Below, one piece after another: positions 18,107-28,900 of a stretch of 30,871 nucleotides of DNA (positions within the stretch are counted from its first letter, which is position 1; each line of letters starts with the position of its first letter). The stretch covers positions 1-30,871 of the forward strand of contig JABXKD010000044.1 in NCBI GenBank assembly GCA_013375475.1. The letters run 5' to 3'. The position numbers were made by a program, and so were the translations under genes. Source of the stretch: Promethearchaeota archaeon (lineage in GTDB: Archaea > Asgardarchaeota > Lokiarchaeia > Sigyniarchaeales > SOKP01). The notes beneath the pieces were generated by a model. That model was given only the letters and a program-made list of their open reading frames with translations. It did no database searches and was not told the DNA's origin.

Positions 18107-19537
18107 CTAAGAACTTTCTGTTACTGTTTCTTGAATTTCAATTTGTTTTTCTTCTTCTATTTCTTCTTTTTTAACATAATCTCCTACTGAGGCTAAAATC
18201 TCTTTAATTCTTCCTTCTTGCTGAAGACGTATAATTAAATTTCTATGTTTTATTGATGCAATAATCTTAGAGATTACAGGAAACAGAAGTATTAATGGAA
18301 TTAATAATGTTACGATTACTTCTGGAGAAAACATAGCAACACTTTCTACGATTGCCGGAGGTAAATTAAAAACGCTTTCCATAAACCATTTTGGATGGAT
18401 TATGATGAAACTTATGATAATTAATAAACCAACCCGAAAAATAAAATTGATTGCTGTAGAGACTACAAGACTTCTTGGTTTGGGTGCAGATGATCGAGCA
18501 GTTAAAGTATCGCGGGCTTCAGAATCTTCTTGAAATAGTTGGTGTATGTATCTTCCAAGCCTTCTGGTTTTTGACGCTGCAGTTATTAATTTTTTTTCTT
18601 CATCCTCTAATTTTCTCCTTTCAATCATTTCTCTAACATATGAAAATTTTTCTCCAGTTTTTGCGAAGAATTTACCGACAGAAACTTTGTCTTCGATTTC
18701 TAATTCTAATCTTCGAGCTTTCGCTTCCTCCTTGATTTTATCAACATTTGCGGTTATATAATGAGACTCACTCTCGAGTATATGCAATTGAGCTTCTAAT
18801 CTTAATCTTCTTTCTAAAGATGGTCTAGTAACTGTATAGGTATAATTTATCTGAAAAGCCAACTCTAAGTAAATATAAGCTACTATTGCAAGAAGAATTA
18901 CCGGACTACCGAAAAATTGAAAGAAATTATCGAGTGGAATCTGCTCTAATGCGTCTAGATCAAGAGGATTAGGTAAACCTTCCAAATACGGAATATTGAC
19001 GTAAAAAAGGTCCAGCATATCTTTAAGCCCAAATACCATAAGAGGTATAACTAGCATAAGTACTATAGCACCTATAACTCTAATATCGTTCTTAGTATCT
19101 GTTTTTAGAAAAGCCTTGATTACATAGAATATTGCTACTATAAATAGGATTTGAAACGCGATTAAATACAAGTTTTCGCTAAAAGCTGCGAATTCTCGGC
19201 CGATTAAATCAGGAATTTCATTGAAATGTGGTGTTTCCCCATCAGGGAATGTAAACCACAGACTAAACAAATTTCTGAAAAAATCATCTAATAATGTAAG
19301 TAAACTCGGTCGGGCAAGAGATGCGATAAATATACAACAAAATGCAAGACCGTACGCTACTACAAACACAATATATGTCGAAATATTTTTTAAACTGTTG
19401 AGAAATGACAATAAAACGAGTTCTCCATCTGAAGTAAGAACTTCATTGAAATCAAAAATCGAGAGAAAAAGAAATAAAATCCAGACGAAAACTAGCACAT
19501 TAATTACTTTTAAGATTAATATATAATTTCTCGCCAT
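18107..19537 (-). CDS. Multi-pass membrane protein with a long charged coiled-coil loop; last gene of the MoxR operon
   Basis: About 5-6 TM segments, then a ~130-aa E/K/R-rich helical region, 2 more TMs and an acidic tail. It starts 3 nt after the DUF58 stop. Confidence 0.75.
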   Translation of the reverse strand: MARNYILILKVINVLVFVWILFLFLSIFDFNEVLTSDGELVLLSFLNSLKNISTYIVFVVAYGLAFCCIFIASLARPSLLTLLDDFFRNLFSLWFTFPDGETPHFNEIPDLIGREFAAFSENLYLIAFQILFIVAIFYVIKAFLKTDTKNDIRVIGAIVLMLVIPLMVFGLKDMLDLFYVNIPYLEGLPNPLDLDALEQIPLDNFFQFFGSPVILLAIVAYIYLELAFQINYTYTVTRPSLERRLRLEAQLHILESESHYITANVDKIKEEAKARRLELEIEDKVSVGKFFAKTGEKFSYVREMIERRKLEDEEKKLITAASKTRRLGRYIHQLFQEDSEARDTLTARSSAPKPRSLVVSTAINFIFRVGLLIIISFIIIHPKWFMESVFNLPPAIVESVAMFSPEVIVTLLIPLILLFPVISKIIASIKHRNLIIRLQQEGRIKEILASVGDYVKKEEIEEEKQIEIQETVTESS

Positions 19538-19540
19538 CTT

Positions 19541-20869
19541 TTAATACGCACTCCCCTTTTTCTTTGCTTCCATATATCTACCTAATACTTGACTCATCAT
19601 ATCGTCTGGGCCTACTGTTATTATGTTAACTCCAAGATTTCTTACCTCTTGTTTAATACCTATGATATGTTCCATCATTTCTTCACTGATTGCTTCTGCT
19701 AGAGCTTTATCCGTTGATGATAAATCAATTTCGTGTATCTCAAACCATGGACTGAAGGGGTTAATGATTATAACGGTATGATTGAGAGGCATTAATTTCC
19801 TAATCGCTTGTCCGATTTCTTTAACATTTGCCTCTAAATCTGAAATGATGAAAATTAAACTGCGCTTTTGATATCTTCTGTTTAGATAACCCATTGCTTC
19901 GACAAACCGCGACTTTCCTTGTGGTTTGATTTTAGCAACAAAATCTAATACTTGATAAAAGTGATCTTCTCCACTTCCTGGTTTTAAAAATTTAAAATTC
20001 TTTTTATCTGAGAAAGTAAACACTCCCACGTTGTCCTTACGAGATAATGCAACTTTAGTCAACAACATGCAAGCTCTAATAGCAAATTCAAACTTAGTGT
20101 TTTCAATCGCACCTCCTGCCATTGAATTTGATGAATCAACAAGAATCATAACTGAAACATCTCTTTCACTTTCAAATTCCTTTACTATTAACTTCTGATG
20201 TCGCGCACTCGCTTTCCAGTCAATTAACCTAAATTGGTCTCCAAAGACATATTTTCTCATTCCATAAAATTCTGAGCCAAGACCTTTTTGTTTAGATCTT
20301 TGTAAGCCATAATTTTGACTTAAAGAACGTTTTGATCCCAAAATTTCTATTCGTTTTATGTCTTCGTAAGGCGGATAAACCAATATATCTGAGACACTAT
20401 CAGGCACAATTCTTTCAACCGAATTAAATCCCAACCTATCTTTAACTACCAGAGAAAGTGGACCTAAAGGATATTCCCCCCTTACTCTTGGTTCTAAAAT
20501 ATAACTGAACTTAATTTGCTTTTTGGGGCCAATTCTTGTAGATATGAAATTTTCTCCTAAAACCAGCCTAAAAAGTTCAGGATTGTAATAATCCTTAATT
20601 TCAAGGAAATCAAAACTATTTTTACCAGTGTTCTCAATAACTACTTTAACATGCACAAAATCGTCCTTAAATACCTTTTCTTTTTCGAGCTCTCTATGAA
20701 CACGTAGTTCTTCTATATTCATTTGGTAATAGAACAGAGGCAGGCTTACAACGGTACTGAAGATTAAAAGAATAGCAAAATAAATTAAAAAATAATTTAC
20801 AAATGCAAATCCAGCTGTTAGAAAAAAAACTGAAAATAATACTAGGGTTCTTCCTTTTCCTCCTAACAT
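19541..20869 (-). CDS. DUF58/vWA-domain membrane protein (MoxR partner)
   Basis: N-terminal TM hairpin, beta-rich domain, GSEFYGMRKYVFGD...IDWKASAR...LIVKEFE (DUF58), and MIDAS-type DSSNS plus ISD. Confidence 0.92.
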   Translation of the reverse strand: MLGGKGRTLVLFSVFFLTAGFAFVNYFLIYFAILLIFSTVVSLPLFYYQMNIEELRVHRELEKEKVFKDDFVHVKVVIENTGKNSFDFLEIKDYYNPELFRLVLGENFISTRIGPKKQIKFSYILEPRVRGEYPLGPLSLVVKDRLGFNSVERIVPDSVSDILVYPPYEDIKRIEILGSKRSLSQNYGLQRSKQKGLGSEFYGMRKYVFGDQFRLIDWKASARHQKLIVKEFESERDVSVMILVDSSNSMAGGAIENTKFEFAIRACMLLTKVALSRKDNVGVFTFSDKKNFKFLKPGSGEDHFYQVLDFVAKIKPQGKSRFVEAMGYLNRRYQKRSLIFIISDLEANVKEIGQAIRKLMPLNHTVIIINPFSPWFEIHEIDLSSTDKALAEAISEEMMEHIIGIKQEVRNLGVNIITVGPDDMMSQVLGRYMEAKKKGSAY

Positions 20870-20929
20870 TTCATTACTCCTTCTTTAAATTGTTTTGAAT
20901 TTTTCCTGTGAAATTATTAAAAAAAAACT

Positions 20930-21910
20930 TTAAATAGGGATTGGGATATCTTCGATGATGTTCTTAATTACAGTTTTCACATCAAGACCTTCTAGCTCTG
21001 CTTCTGGTTTCAATAAGATTCGGTGGTTCAAAGCAGGGACCACTAACGATCTTACATCGTCTGGTGTTACATAAATTCTTCCTAGAATTGCCGCTCTTGC
21101 TTTAGAACACTTCATCAACACGAGGGATGCGCGTGGACCACATCCAAGAGCAATTTGAGGATGATTTCGAGTTTTTAACACAATGTCCCTTATGTATTTT
21201 AAGATTCTGTCATCTATGTAAACCATATTCATTAGTTTTTGAGCAGCAAGTAATTCTTCTCCACTAGTTATAGCCTCCACGGAAGGAGAGTCTCCTGAGA
21301 TTTGTCTTCTCATGATATCTACTTCTTCTTCCTTTTCAGGATATTCTAACCAAAGTTTCATGATAAATCGATCAAGCTGTGCTTCTGGTAAAGGGTAAGT
21401 TCCTTCCATCTCCACAGGGTTTTCCGTTGCAACAACCATAAATGGTTTTTCAAGGAGTAGTGTTTCTCCTTCAATAGTTATTTGCCTTTCAGCCATAGCT
21501 TCAAGGAGAGCTGCTTGAGTCTTGGGAGCGCTTCTATTTATTTCGTCTGCTAATACAATATTAGCAAAAAGTGGCCCTTTTTGGAGCACAAAAGCTCCTT
21601 GGTTTTGATCAAATATTTTAGTCCCTGTAATATCAGCTGGAAGCAAATCGGGAGTAAACTGAACTCTTCTAAAAGATATTCCGAGCGTTTTTGCGAAAGT
21701 TTTTGCCATAACAGTTTTTCCTAAACCAGGTACTCCTTCAAGAAGGACATGGCCGTTAACTAACAAAGCTATAAAAAGTTGCTGCAAAATGTCTCCGTAT
21801 CCAACGATAACACGACTTACTTCTGAGAGAACTTCTTGTGCTATTTCTCTAATAGGTTCTACATTTAATTCTTCCCTATCGTAATACTTTGCTTTATTTG
21901 GGGTTTCCAT
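20930..21910 (-). CDS. moxR: MoxR family AAA+ ATPase
   Basis: GHVLLEGVPGLGKT (Walker A), RVQFTPDLLPAD, LADEINR (Walker B) and EGTYPLPEAQLDRF. Confidence 0.96.
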   Translation of the reverse strand: METPNKAKYYDREELNVEPIREIAQEVLSEVSRVIVGYGDILQQLFIALLVNGHVLLEGVPGLGKTVMAKTFAKTLGISFRRVQFTPDLLPADITGTKIFDQNQGAFVLQKGPLFANIVLADEINRSAPKTQAALLEAMAERQITIEGETLLLEKPFMVVATENPVEMEGTYPLPEAQLDRFIMKLWLEYPEKEEEVDIMRRQISGDSPSVEAITSGEELLAAQKLMNMVYIDDRILKYIRDIVLKTRNHPQIALGCGPRASLVLMKCSKARAAILGRIYVTPDDVRSLVVPALNHRILLKPEAELEGLDVKTVIKNIIEDIPIPI

Positions 21911-22010
21911 TATTTATCACATCTTTTAATTTTTTTATTTTTTATTTTAATTCTATTCCATATTTAATTTTGGATATTTTTTTCTTTAGATTAATTAATT
22001 TGATTATGTT

Positions 22011-23765
22011 TTATATGTTATTAACCACCCACTCCATTTCGAAGTAGAGGTTTTCAAAATCCTGTTCATTTTTTACTTTACTTTTTCCTTCTTTAATTGC
22101 AATAATGGAGTCCATAAATTTGGTGATTCTTCTGATCTTAAGTTTTGTAATATTTGGTTCCTTAGCGATAACCAAATCTAATACATTTTTGGTTGTGATT
22201 TTTTGCCCACGCAAAAGAGCATTTAGTTTCCTCTCTAATCTCCTGTAGAGTAAAGTTAGAGCTTTACCATACCTGCTTTTTTCTCTATACCATTCAATTT
22301 TTTCTGCAAAAAAGGAGGAAGTTCTAAATTTTTCTCTTTCTTCTTTTCTATCTTGTTCTTGAGCTTTCTTTTTTTCTTCCTTTTTATCTTTTTTAGGTAA
22401 ATATTTTTTCAATGAATAAATCGCTAAAAGGGGATATATCCAAGCTGTAATTGGATTCGTACTTAAATGAATTATATATTGAGTAATGAAACCAAAGATT
22501 CCAGCAGACGTTAAATCCCTTGAATATTCTGGTCGAATGTGAGCTTCATCAAAAATAATAATCCAATTTTCCTTGGGTTCGATACTGCTATATGTAAGCC
22601 AATTTATAATGTTCAATCCAAATTGGCGATTATCATAAGTAGGGTTAACTATTAATTCGTTATTAAATAGACTTGCATCAGCTGAAACAAAAACTCTTGA
22701 GTTTCCAGTGTCTTTAGCCATAAATACACCTTGAGAATAACCACCGAGTGGCCATTTTGATGGAAATCCAGGTAAAGCACCTCCTAAAAGGCTTAAATCA
22801 ACATAATCGTCGTCAAAATCATACTTGTGGTCACCATTTTTATCAACATATCCATAATCTGTGCTAGAGCCAACTAAATCCCAACCAAAAAACGAGATAA
22901 AAGGGCCGCCTACAACGGAGGAAGCTTCTGATAGAATAACTTGGTTAATCCCAAAAGTTGTAGGATGAGGTGAAAATGATTTTATTACAGGAAAGTCTGG
23001 TGCTGTATCAAAAGATGCATTATCTCTCAAGATTCCGTTAGCGAATATTGTAACTGGTATAGTTCCTTGGATAGAAGGATCCAGCATACTAGCAATATAA
23101 ATTTCCCATAATAAAGTGCTCGTACTACCATGGTCATGACATATAAACAACGAATTTTTCGTATTATTGGTACGGAAAAAGTCAATGAAGTATGGTACTT
23201 CAAATATTGGATTATAAAATTGGTTAGGGCCTAATAGTACCAACAATAAAGATTTATCTAATTTATCCAATCTTTCTGTAGCACTCAAGCTAGATTGAAT
23301 TGACATCACTTCATACCCATCATTCTCTATAGTTTTTTTGAAATCACTTGCTCCATTCCACTCGTCGTTGTAAATGGAAAAATTTTGATCATTTATTCCT
23401 TGATCAAATATCGGACCAAATAAGGGTATAAATGTAAAAATAAATATCACGATGAATAAAGCTTCTTTATAAAAAGAACCCGCTTTTACTTTTTTGCGAG
23501 ATTGTATTTCTCTCGATTTTTGAACTGTTACATTTCTAATAAAAATGATTAAACCGAATCCTAAAAATATAGCTCCGATATAACAGACGAGGGGCAAGTA
23601 TGTTACAAAAATTGGAAGTGTTTCACCCATGTTATAGATTGGATAAAGCTCAATGAAATTACTAATAAATACACCATAAACTATGAGAAAAATCGTGAAA
23701 AATGCTATAACTAATCCCTTTGAGAAAGCAACATTACTTCCTGATGATTTTCCAACACTTGGCAT
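22011..23765 (-). CDS. Membrane protein with an extracytoplasmic DUF4350/GldG-like domain and a cytoplasmic helical C-terminal domain
   Basis: Three N-terminal TMs; FSIYNDEWNGASDF, VFVSADASLFNN, DNRQFGLNIINWL and IIFDEAH; then a further TM and a basic helical tail. Confidence 0.8.
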   Translation of the reverse strand: MPSVGKSSGSNVAFSKGLVIAFFTIFLIVYGVFISNFIELYPIYNMGETLPIFVTYLPLVCYIGAIFLGFGLIIFIRNVTVQKSREIQSRKKVKAGSFYKEALFIVIFIFTFIPLFGPIFDQGINDQNFSIYNDEWNGASDFKKTIENDGYEVMSIQSSLSATERLDKLDKSLLLVLLGPNQFYNPIFEVPYFIDFFRTNNTKNSLFICHDHGSTSTLLWEIYIASMLDPSIQGTIPVTIFANGILRDNASFDTAPDFPVIKSFSPHPTTFGINQVILSEASSVVGGPFISFFGWDLVGSSTDYGYVDKNGDHKYDFDDDYVDLSLLGGALPGFPSKWPLGGYSQGVFMAKDTGNSRVFVSADASLFNNELIVNPTYDNRQFGLNIINWLTYSSIEPKENWIIIFDEAHIRPEYSRDLTSAGIFGFITQYIIHLSTNPITAWIYPLLAIYSLKKYLPKKDKKEEKKKAQEQDRKEEREKFRTSSFFAEKIEWYREKSRYGKALTLLYRRLERKLNALLRGQKITTKNVLDLVIAKEPNITKLKIRRITKFMDSIIAIKEGKSKVKNEQDFENLYFEMEWVVNNI

Positions 23766-23817
23766 TTTATTACTTCTTTTCCTCTTTTTAAATTATCTAT
23801 CAATCGGAACTGCTTTA

Positions 23818-24198
23818 CTACAAACTTACCGTTGGTAAAGTTTTTCCTGTTATATCGTTGTACAAATTTGAAAATAATTGAACAGTAAAGTTTAACTCTT
23901 TCGTTGTTGGTTCTATCCCACCATATATGATATCTTCGATCTTTTTTATGAAGGGATATATGGTTTCTGGCTTTTGGCCTAAATCTTTGACACAAGTAAT
24001 AGCATATTCTCGAATAGTTTGGTAGGCTAGTCGTGGTTTTTTAAATTTAAGAGTTATTATATCGTTGTATATGAGATAGATGTAAGCAATTGCTTCTTTA
24101 GCTCTATTTGAATCGGTTAAAGTCTTAATATTTTCAAATTTTAGTTTGATATCTACTTCCGGTTCTGGTTCCTTTTTTGATTTTTTCTTTTTTGCCAT
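23818..24198 (-). CDS. Small soluble DUF4129-like helical protein
   Basis: R...QTIREYA and IEDIIYGG; clear paralogue of the C-terminus of 24311..25906. Confidence 0.72.
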   Translation of the reverse strand: MAKKKKSKKEPEPEVDIKLKFENIKTLTDSNRAKEAIAYIYLIYNDIITLKFKKPRLAYQTIREYAITCVKDLGQKPETIYPFIKKIEDIIYGGIEPTTKELNFTVQLFSNLYNDITGKTLPTVSL

Positions 24199-24310
24199 TT
24201 TCTTTACCCATTTCTGTGGTTTTTTTTTATTTCTATAAATAATTTTTTTTGGTTTTTAATTTCTTTCTACTTTCGTTTTTTATTATATCTTTTCTTTCAT
24301 ATCTAACTTA

Positions 24311-25906
24311 TTAAAAATTCAATTCAAAATTATAACCTGTTAGTTCAAAATATATAGGAGAAAATAAATTTATCGTACCGTAAAACTCATTATTTGTAAT
24401 TTGAAATGGTTTTGCGTATATTATTTCCTCTACCTTTTGTATAAATGGATAAATTGTCGCAGGACTTAATTTTAAGTTCTTAACTGAAATTATAGCAAAA
24501 TCTCTTATAGTCTCATTGCCTTTTCTAATTCTGCCAAATTTAGCGCTTATTAAATCCATATAAATTGCATTAAAAAGGTAGGATAAGGATTCTTCTAACC
24601 TACCAGTTTCTTTTAGAATCTTAAGATTTATTATTTTACTTTCAAGGGGTAGATTTACTACCTTTGATAATTTTTCTTGTTTCTTATAATAGCGATATCC
24701 GTAAAAAGCTAAACCCCCAATGACAACACCTAATATAGGAAGAAAAATTGAAAAGAAGAGGAGGAAAGGAGGAGCTTGAGGTCCCGGTCCAGAGGGTGTT
24801 GATTGTGGTTGAACAGTAATGAATTGCCTAGTGACTAGGTTTTTTCCAAGAGGATTTGGTAATCGAATAGAAATAATCGTTTGTCCCGTCCATTGAGGAA
24901 GTGTGTAGTCTACAGAGAAATCTCCATTTTGATCGGTATGAGCGAATCCGATTAAAGAACCATTATAAAAAACATTAATGTCTCTATCATTAATAGCGAG
25001 CGAAGGATCTGATCTAGAGATCAGCTGCCCCGATATTCTTAAATTACTAGAAGCTCTTATTGTTGAAGGGAGGTTCCATATGCACGAAATATTCGAAAAT
25101 AGCTTCGTGTTAGAAAAGTATGATTCGGAGTATCCAATATCCGGCGGGGATGCAAAGGTGAGTCTTAGTTCTAAAGTAGTGATTCCCATATCAGGTATAA
25201 ATATCGACTGAATTAAACCTGACCCATCTGTCGAGACGAAATTACTATCGACAATCACAGGTCCATCATACCAATAATAATTTATTAAAGAAAAAGGAAT
25301 CCCTGTACCATCTAAATATCTTAAATAATCGTCAAAATCAAAATCAAAAAATTCTCCTATTAGTTTAGCTGAAGAAGGAAAGTTAACATCAAAATAAGAA
25401 GTAGTATTTACATATATTGTATAATGAGTGCGATACTCAACACTATCAGGAGTAGAATCGATCACAATGGCCTCAATTTTATGTGATGAGTATATATTTA
25501 GAGAGGGATCAATAGTATAATCGATTTGAAAATAACCGTTCAAATCCGTAACATCGTTAAAACTGGAATATACAATATCATCAACTTCAATAGCAACAGT
25601 ATAATTGGGTTTTCCCTCTCCACCAGGAGGAATCCTATTAAAAAGTCTTCCTTGAACATTAATTATTGCATTGTGAGTAAAACGAGAATTATTGATTCCT
25701 ACTGGATTAATTAGATCTAGAGTTGCCCAAATACCTGAGCTTTTTATATATTGATCTTTAAGCTGAATAGTTTGAGAATTAATTGTCTGAAGATTTATTA
25801 CACCTGGAAATGAGATGAAGATACAAACTAATATGAGAATATTGTAACATTTTCTTTTATTTTGTTTTAGAAAATTTACTTTTCTCATAATCATCATCCT
25901 TGTCAC
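24311..25906 (-). CDS. Membrane-anchored Ig-like-repeat protein with a cytoplasmic DUF4129-like domain
   Basis: N-terminal hydrophobic segment, three beta-rich domains each with a TDxxG motif (TDLNGYF, TDGSGLI, TDQNGDF), a Pro-rich linker, a TM, then ETIRDFA...VEEIIYA. The start codon is uncertain by a few residues. Confidence 0.78.
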   Translation of the reverse strand: MTRMMIMRKVNFLKQNKRKCYNILILVCIFISFPGVINLQTINSQTIQLKDQYIKSSGIWATLDLINPVGINNSRFTHNAIINVQGRLFNRIPPGGEGKPNYTVAIEVDDIVYSSFNDVTDLNGYFQIDYTIDPSLNIYSSHKIEAIVIDSTPDSVEYRTHYTIYVNTTSYFDVNFPSSAKLIGEFFDFDFDDYLRYLDGTGIPFSLINYYWYDGPVIVDSNFVSTDGSGLIQSIFIPDMGITTLELRLTFASPPDIGYSESYFSNTKLFSNISCIWNLPSTIRASSNLRISGQLISRSDPSLAINDRDINVFYNGSLIGFAHTDQNGDFSVDYTLPQWTGQTIISIRLPNPLGKNLVTRQFITVQPQSTPSGPGPQAPPFLLFFSIFLPILGVVIGGLAFYGYRYYKKQEKLSKVVNLPLESKIINLKILKETGRLEESLSYLFNAIYMDLISAKFGRIRKGNETIRDFAIISVKNLKLSPATIYPFIQKVEEIIYAKPFQITNNEFYGTINLFSPIYFELTGYNFELNF

Positions 25907-25920
25907 TAAATTACGTTAAA

Positions 25921-28900
25921 TTAAGGCTCCCTGTATAATTGTATTTCAAAAAATTCTACAAAATAATAATATGGAGTACTGAAATTAGCTTCGGGGTAAA
26001 ATGTAACCCAAACTTCGGCATTATCAGGCCAACTACCAACAACTAGAGTAATGTTGAAGAAGCCGGCGATATCAGTGGAACCAGTAGCAGTAGCTAACAC
26101 ATTTCCTATGCTATCTCTTATGGTAATATTTACTTCCATGCCAGCCATTGCAGTTCCGTTATCCCAATTTAAGAACCCATAGACGTATAAATCATCGCCC
26201 TCATAAAATTGATCTTTAACAACCTTAGTATCGTAGTTTCCATTTATATTTGTACCTGCTGTAATATTGATTTGAATAGACCTACTTACCGTTTCCATGT
26301 AATTTGTTAGAGATATTCCAACATCATTTATATTCCCTGTGAAAACAATATCGAGGTAATAATCACCTTGAGGGCAACTTATAAATATACCATTATTGTC
26401 ATATAAATAATTCCCACCATAAACAGTTCTAAATTGAGGACCATTTAGGTTTAAGTACCCTGAAACATCCCCAATTCCAAAGTCCCATAAGATTAGCCCT
26501 ATCATTAATCCGTCTAAATGCGTTCCATTTTGCTGAAGTACTCCATCAACATTGAACTGATGGAAATTCCTCTGTACGACATTTCTATCAACATTCATAG
26601 TAATACCAATAGTTTCATTAATAACGACATATGTGGTGTTAAATCCACTAAATGTGTGATAATTTACTCGAAATCTGAGCAAGCCAGCATGTAAATCGTT
26701 TGTAGAAAGATTGAATTGAACGAAACCAGTTGAACCACTTGAAAATGTGTATGAATCTAAAAGCGAATTGGTGTAATCATCATAGATATATACAGTTCTA
26801 GAACCGAACTCTTCAGGATGGTCCAGTTGTACTTGGACATGGATAGTTTCATCAAATTTATATGTTTCAGGCGGATTCAAATTGTTAAAAAATGGCAAAG
26901 TTGGATTGCCTTCCACAGCTAAATAAATAGTAAGGTTTTCAGGATCGTATACCTGTAGATCTAAACTTCCATAATCATAAGAAGTAAAGTTACTAAAACC
27001 CCCGAGATAAAAATCATATTCATTATTTAGAATAAAAGGCCAGGAGTACATAAACCACCCATCAAACGTGACTATTATAGTATATTTTTTTTCGGGAGTT
27101 GAACTTATAACTGAATATGTTAAATCAAATTCCCCACTCTCATCTAAACGCAAGAAGCCACTCTCTAAAGAGAGATATCCTGTATAATCTATTAAAGACT
27201 GATCATACATATATACAAAAATTCTTGTGTATTTTATTGGGGAACCATTCGTGGAGTCGTTTACATACCCGTGTAAATTAAAATTTCTATTTATTGCACC
27301 ACTCCTCGCAACAACATTAGGAGTGGGACCACTTTCAAGATTGACAGATATATTTGCATTATAAAGAAAATAAGAATAATTGTAATTGGAACCCCATCTT
27401 GCATAAACTTGGTGAGGCCCTGCTACTGTAGAGAAGTCCGTATAATACATTAGGCTTGTGTAGCCGTTTATTGTTTGAGCTGAGCCTATTAAGATATCTT
27501 GAGTTACGTCGTAAAAATCAACCCATTCTCCGTCTCCTACGGGAATTCCACCCCATTCAAGATATACGCTTAAATTGACGTACCCATTCCGATAAATTAC
27601 AGGTTGGTTATAATCGTCAGAAGGAGTATCGTCTATCCAGAAGTTAAATGTTAAAGTAGTTGGAGTCGTTACCATGAGTTCATTCGCAAATGTCGAAGAA
27701 GTATTAATATATGGTAAATTAAAAAAGGCAGGATATATAGGATGACCCATACGAGAAATAGTGCCATTAAAATCAAGCCTTAGTGTATAATTCCCAGTTG
27801 GAGTATTCGATGCAACCTCAAACCATACATTAAAATATCCATTAGAATCTGTCCAAATCGTATCAGTTGGTATTAGATATGGAGAATAATCCAATCCACC
27901 TCTTAATAATTTTAAAGATACCATTGAATTCCTGATAGGTCTTCCAGTAGTATGGTCCAGAAGCTCTCCTTCTATATTAAAGAAAGTATTGCTGGCACCA
28001 ATAGCTGTACGATTAATTTCTCGAGGTGATGGTCCTGAAAATATATTAATTATTGGTTCTTCGTTTAATATAAAGTAAGAATGATTTTCCTCGATCCCTA
28101 TCTTAGCATATAATAAATTAGGGCCTGTTGCCATAAGATTGTTTACAGTAAACTTATATCTCGCCACCCCGTTAACATCAGTAGTGTTTGCTCCTATTTG
28201 AATACCACTCCAATAATCGAAAAATTGGACGTTTTGATTCGGAATAGGATAATTAGTTTCATTTACTACCTTTGCTTTAAGGATTAAATCAGTATATCTA
28301 TCCACTACAGGGGAATCTGGGATGAATGAGGGAACATCATTAATGTAAAACCACACATATTTTAGAATTCCTTTAGAGACATTAAAATCCATTCTATTAC
28401 TTGAATCGTTAACAAAACCATTAGCGTACGGAAAAAAATACCAACTTCCATTCGTATCTACCCTTAATTCGTATTGACCGACAGATACAGATGGATCAAC
28501 ATTGATATAAATATCAAAATATCCATAGGGATCCGCGTTGAAATAAGTCATATCAAATGGCGGAGCTCCAACTCTATTATTTGTACCTTTTTGAAGTAGT
28601 ATTACCTCTAAAGTCGCCCCACCTACATTTAAGTTAGCAATGGGATCATATACATAACCTTGAATATTTGTCATTGTGTCTATTGAAATGTTTACTTCTT
28701 GGGGATTAATAATTTGAAGATTTACTTCAATGTCTCCATATATAGTATATAGAGTTGTGTCGTTAACATTAGGATTAAATTGGGCAAAAATATAATGTGG
28801 TCCAACGACCTGTGTGTCATCAATATTAATTAAGAGAGATGCTTCACCATTTATGTTAGTACTTATTTGACCAAGACTTTGAGTAGATGTTAAATCGAAG

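Noticed and set aside
24199-24310. T-rich tract as an ncRNA or repeat
   Set aside because: Low-complexity spacer, A-rich on the coding strand, with no clear stem or periodicity.
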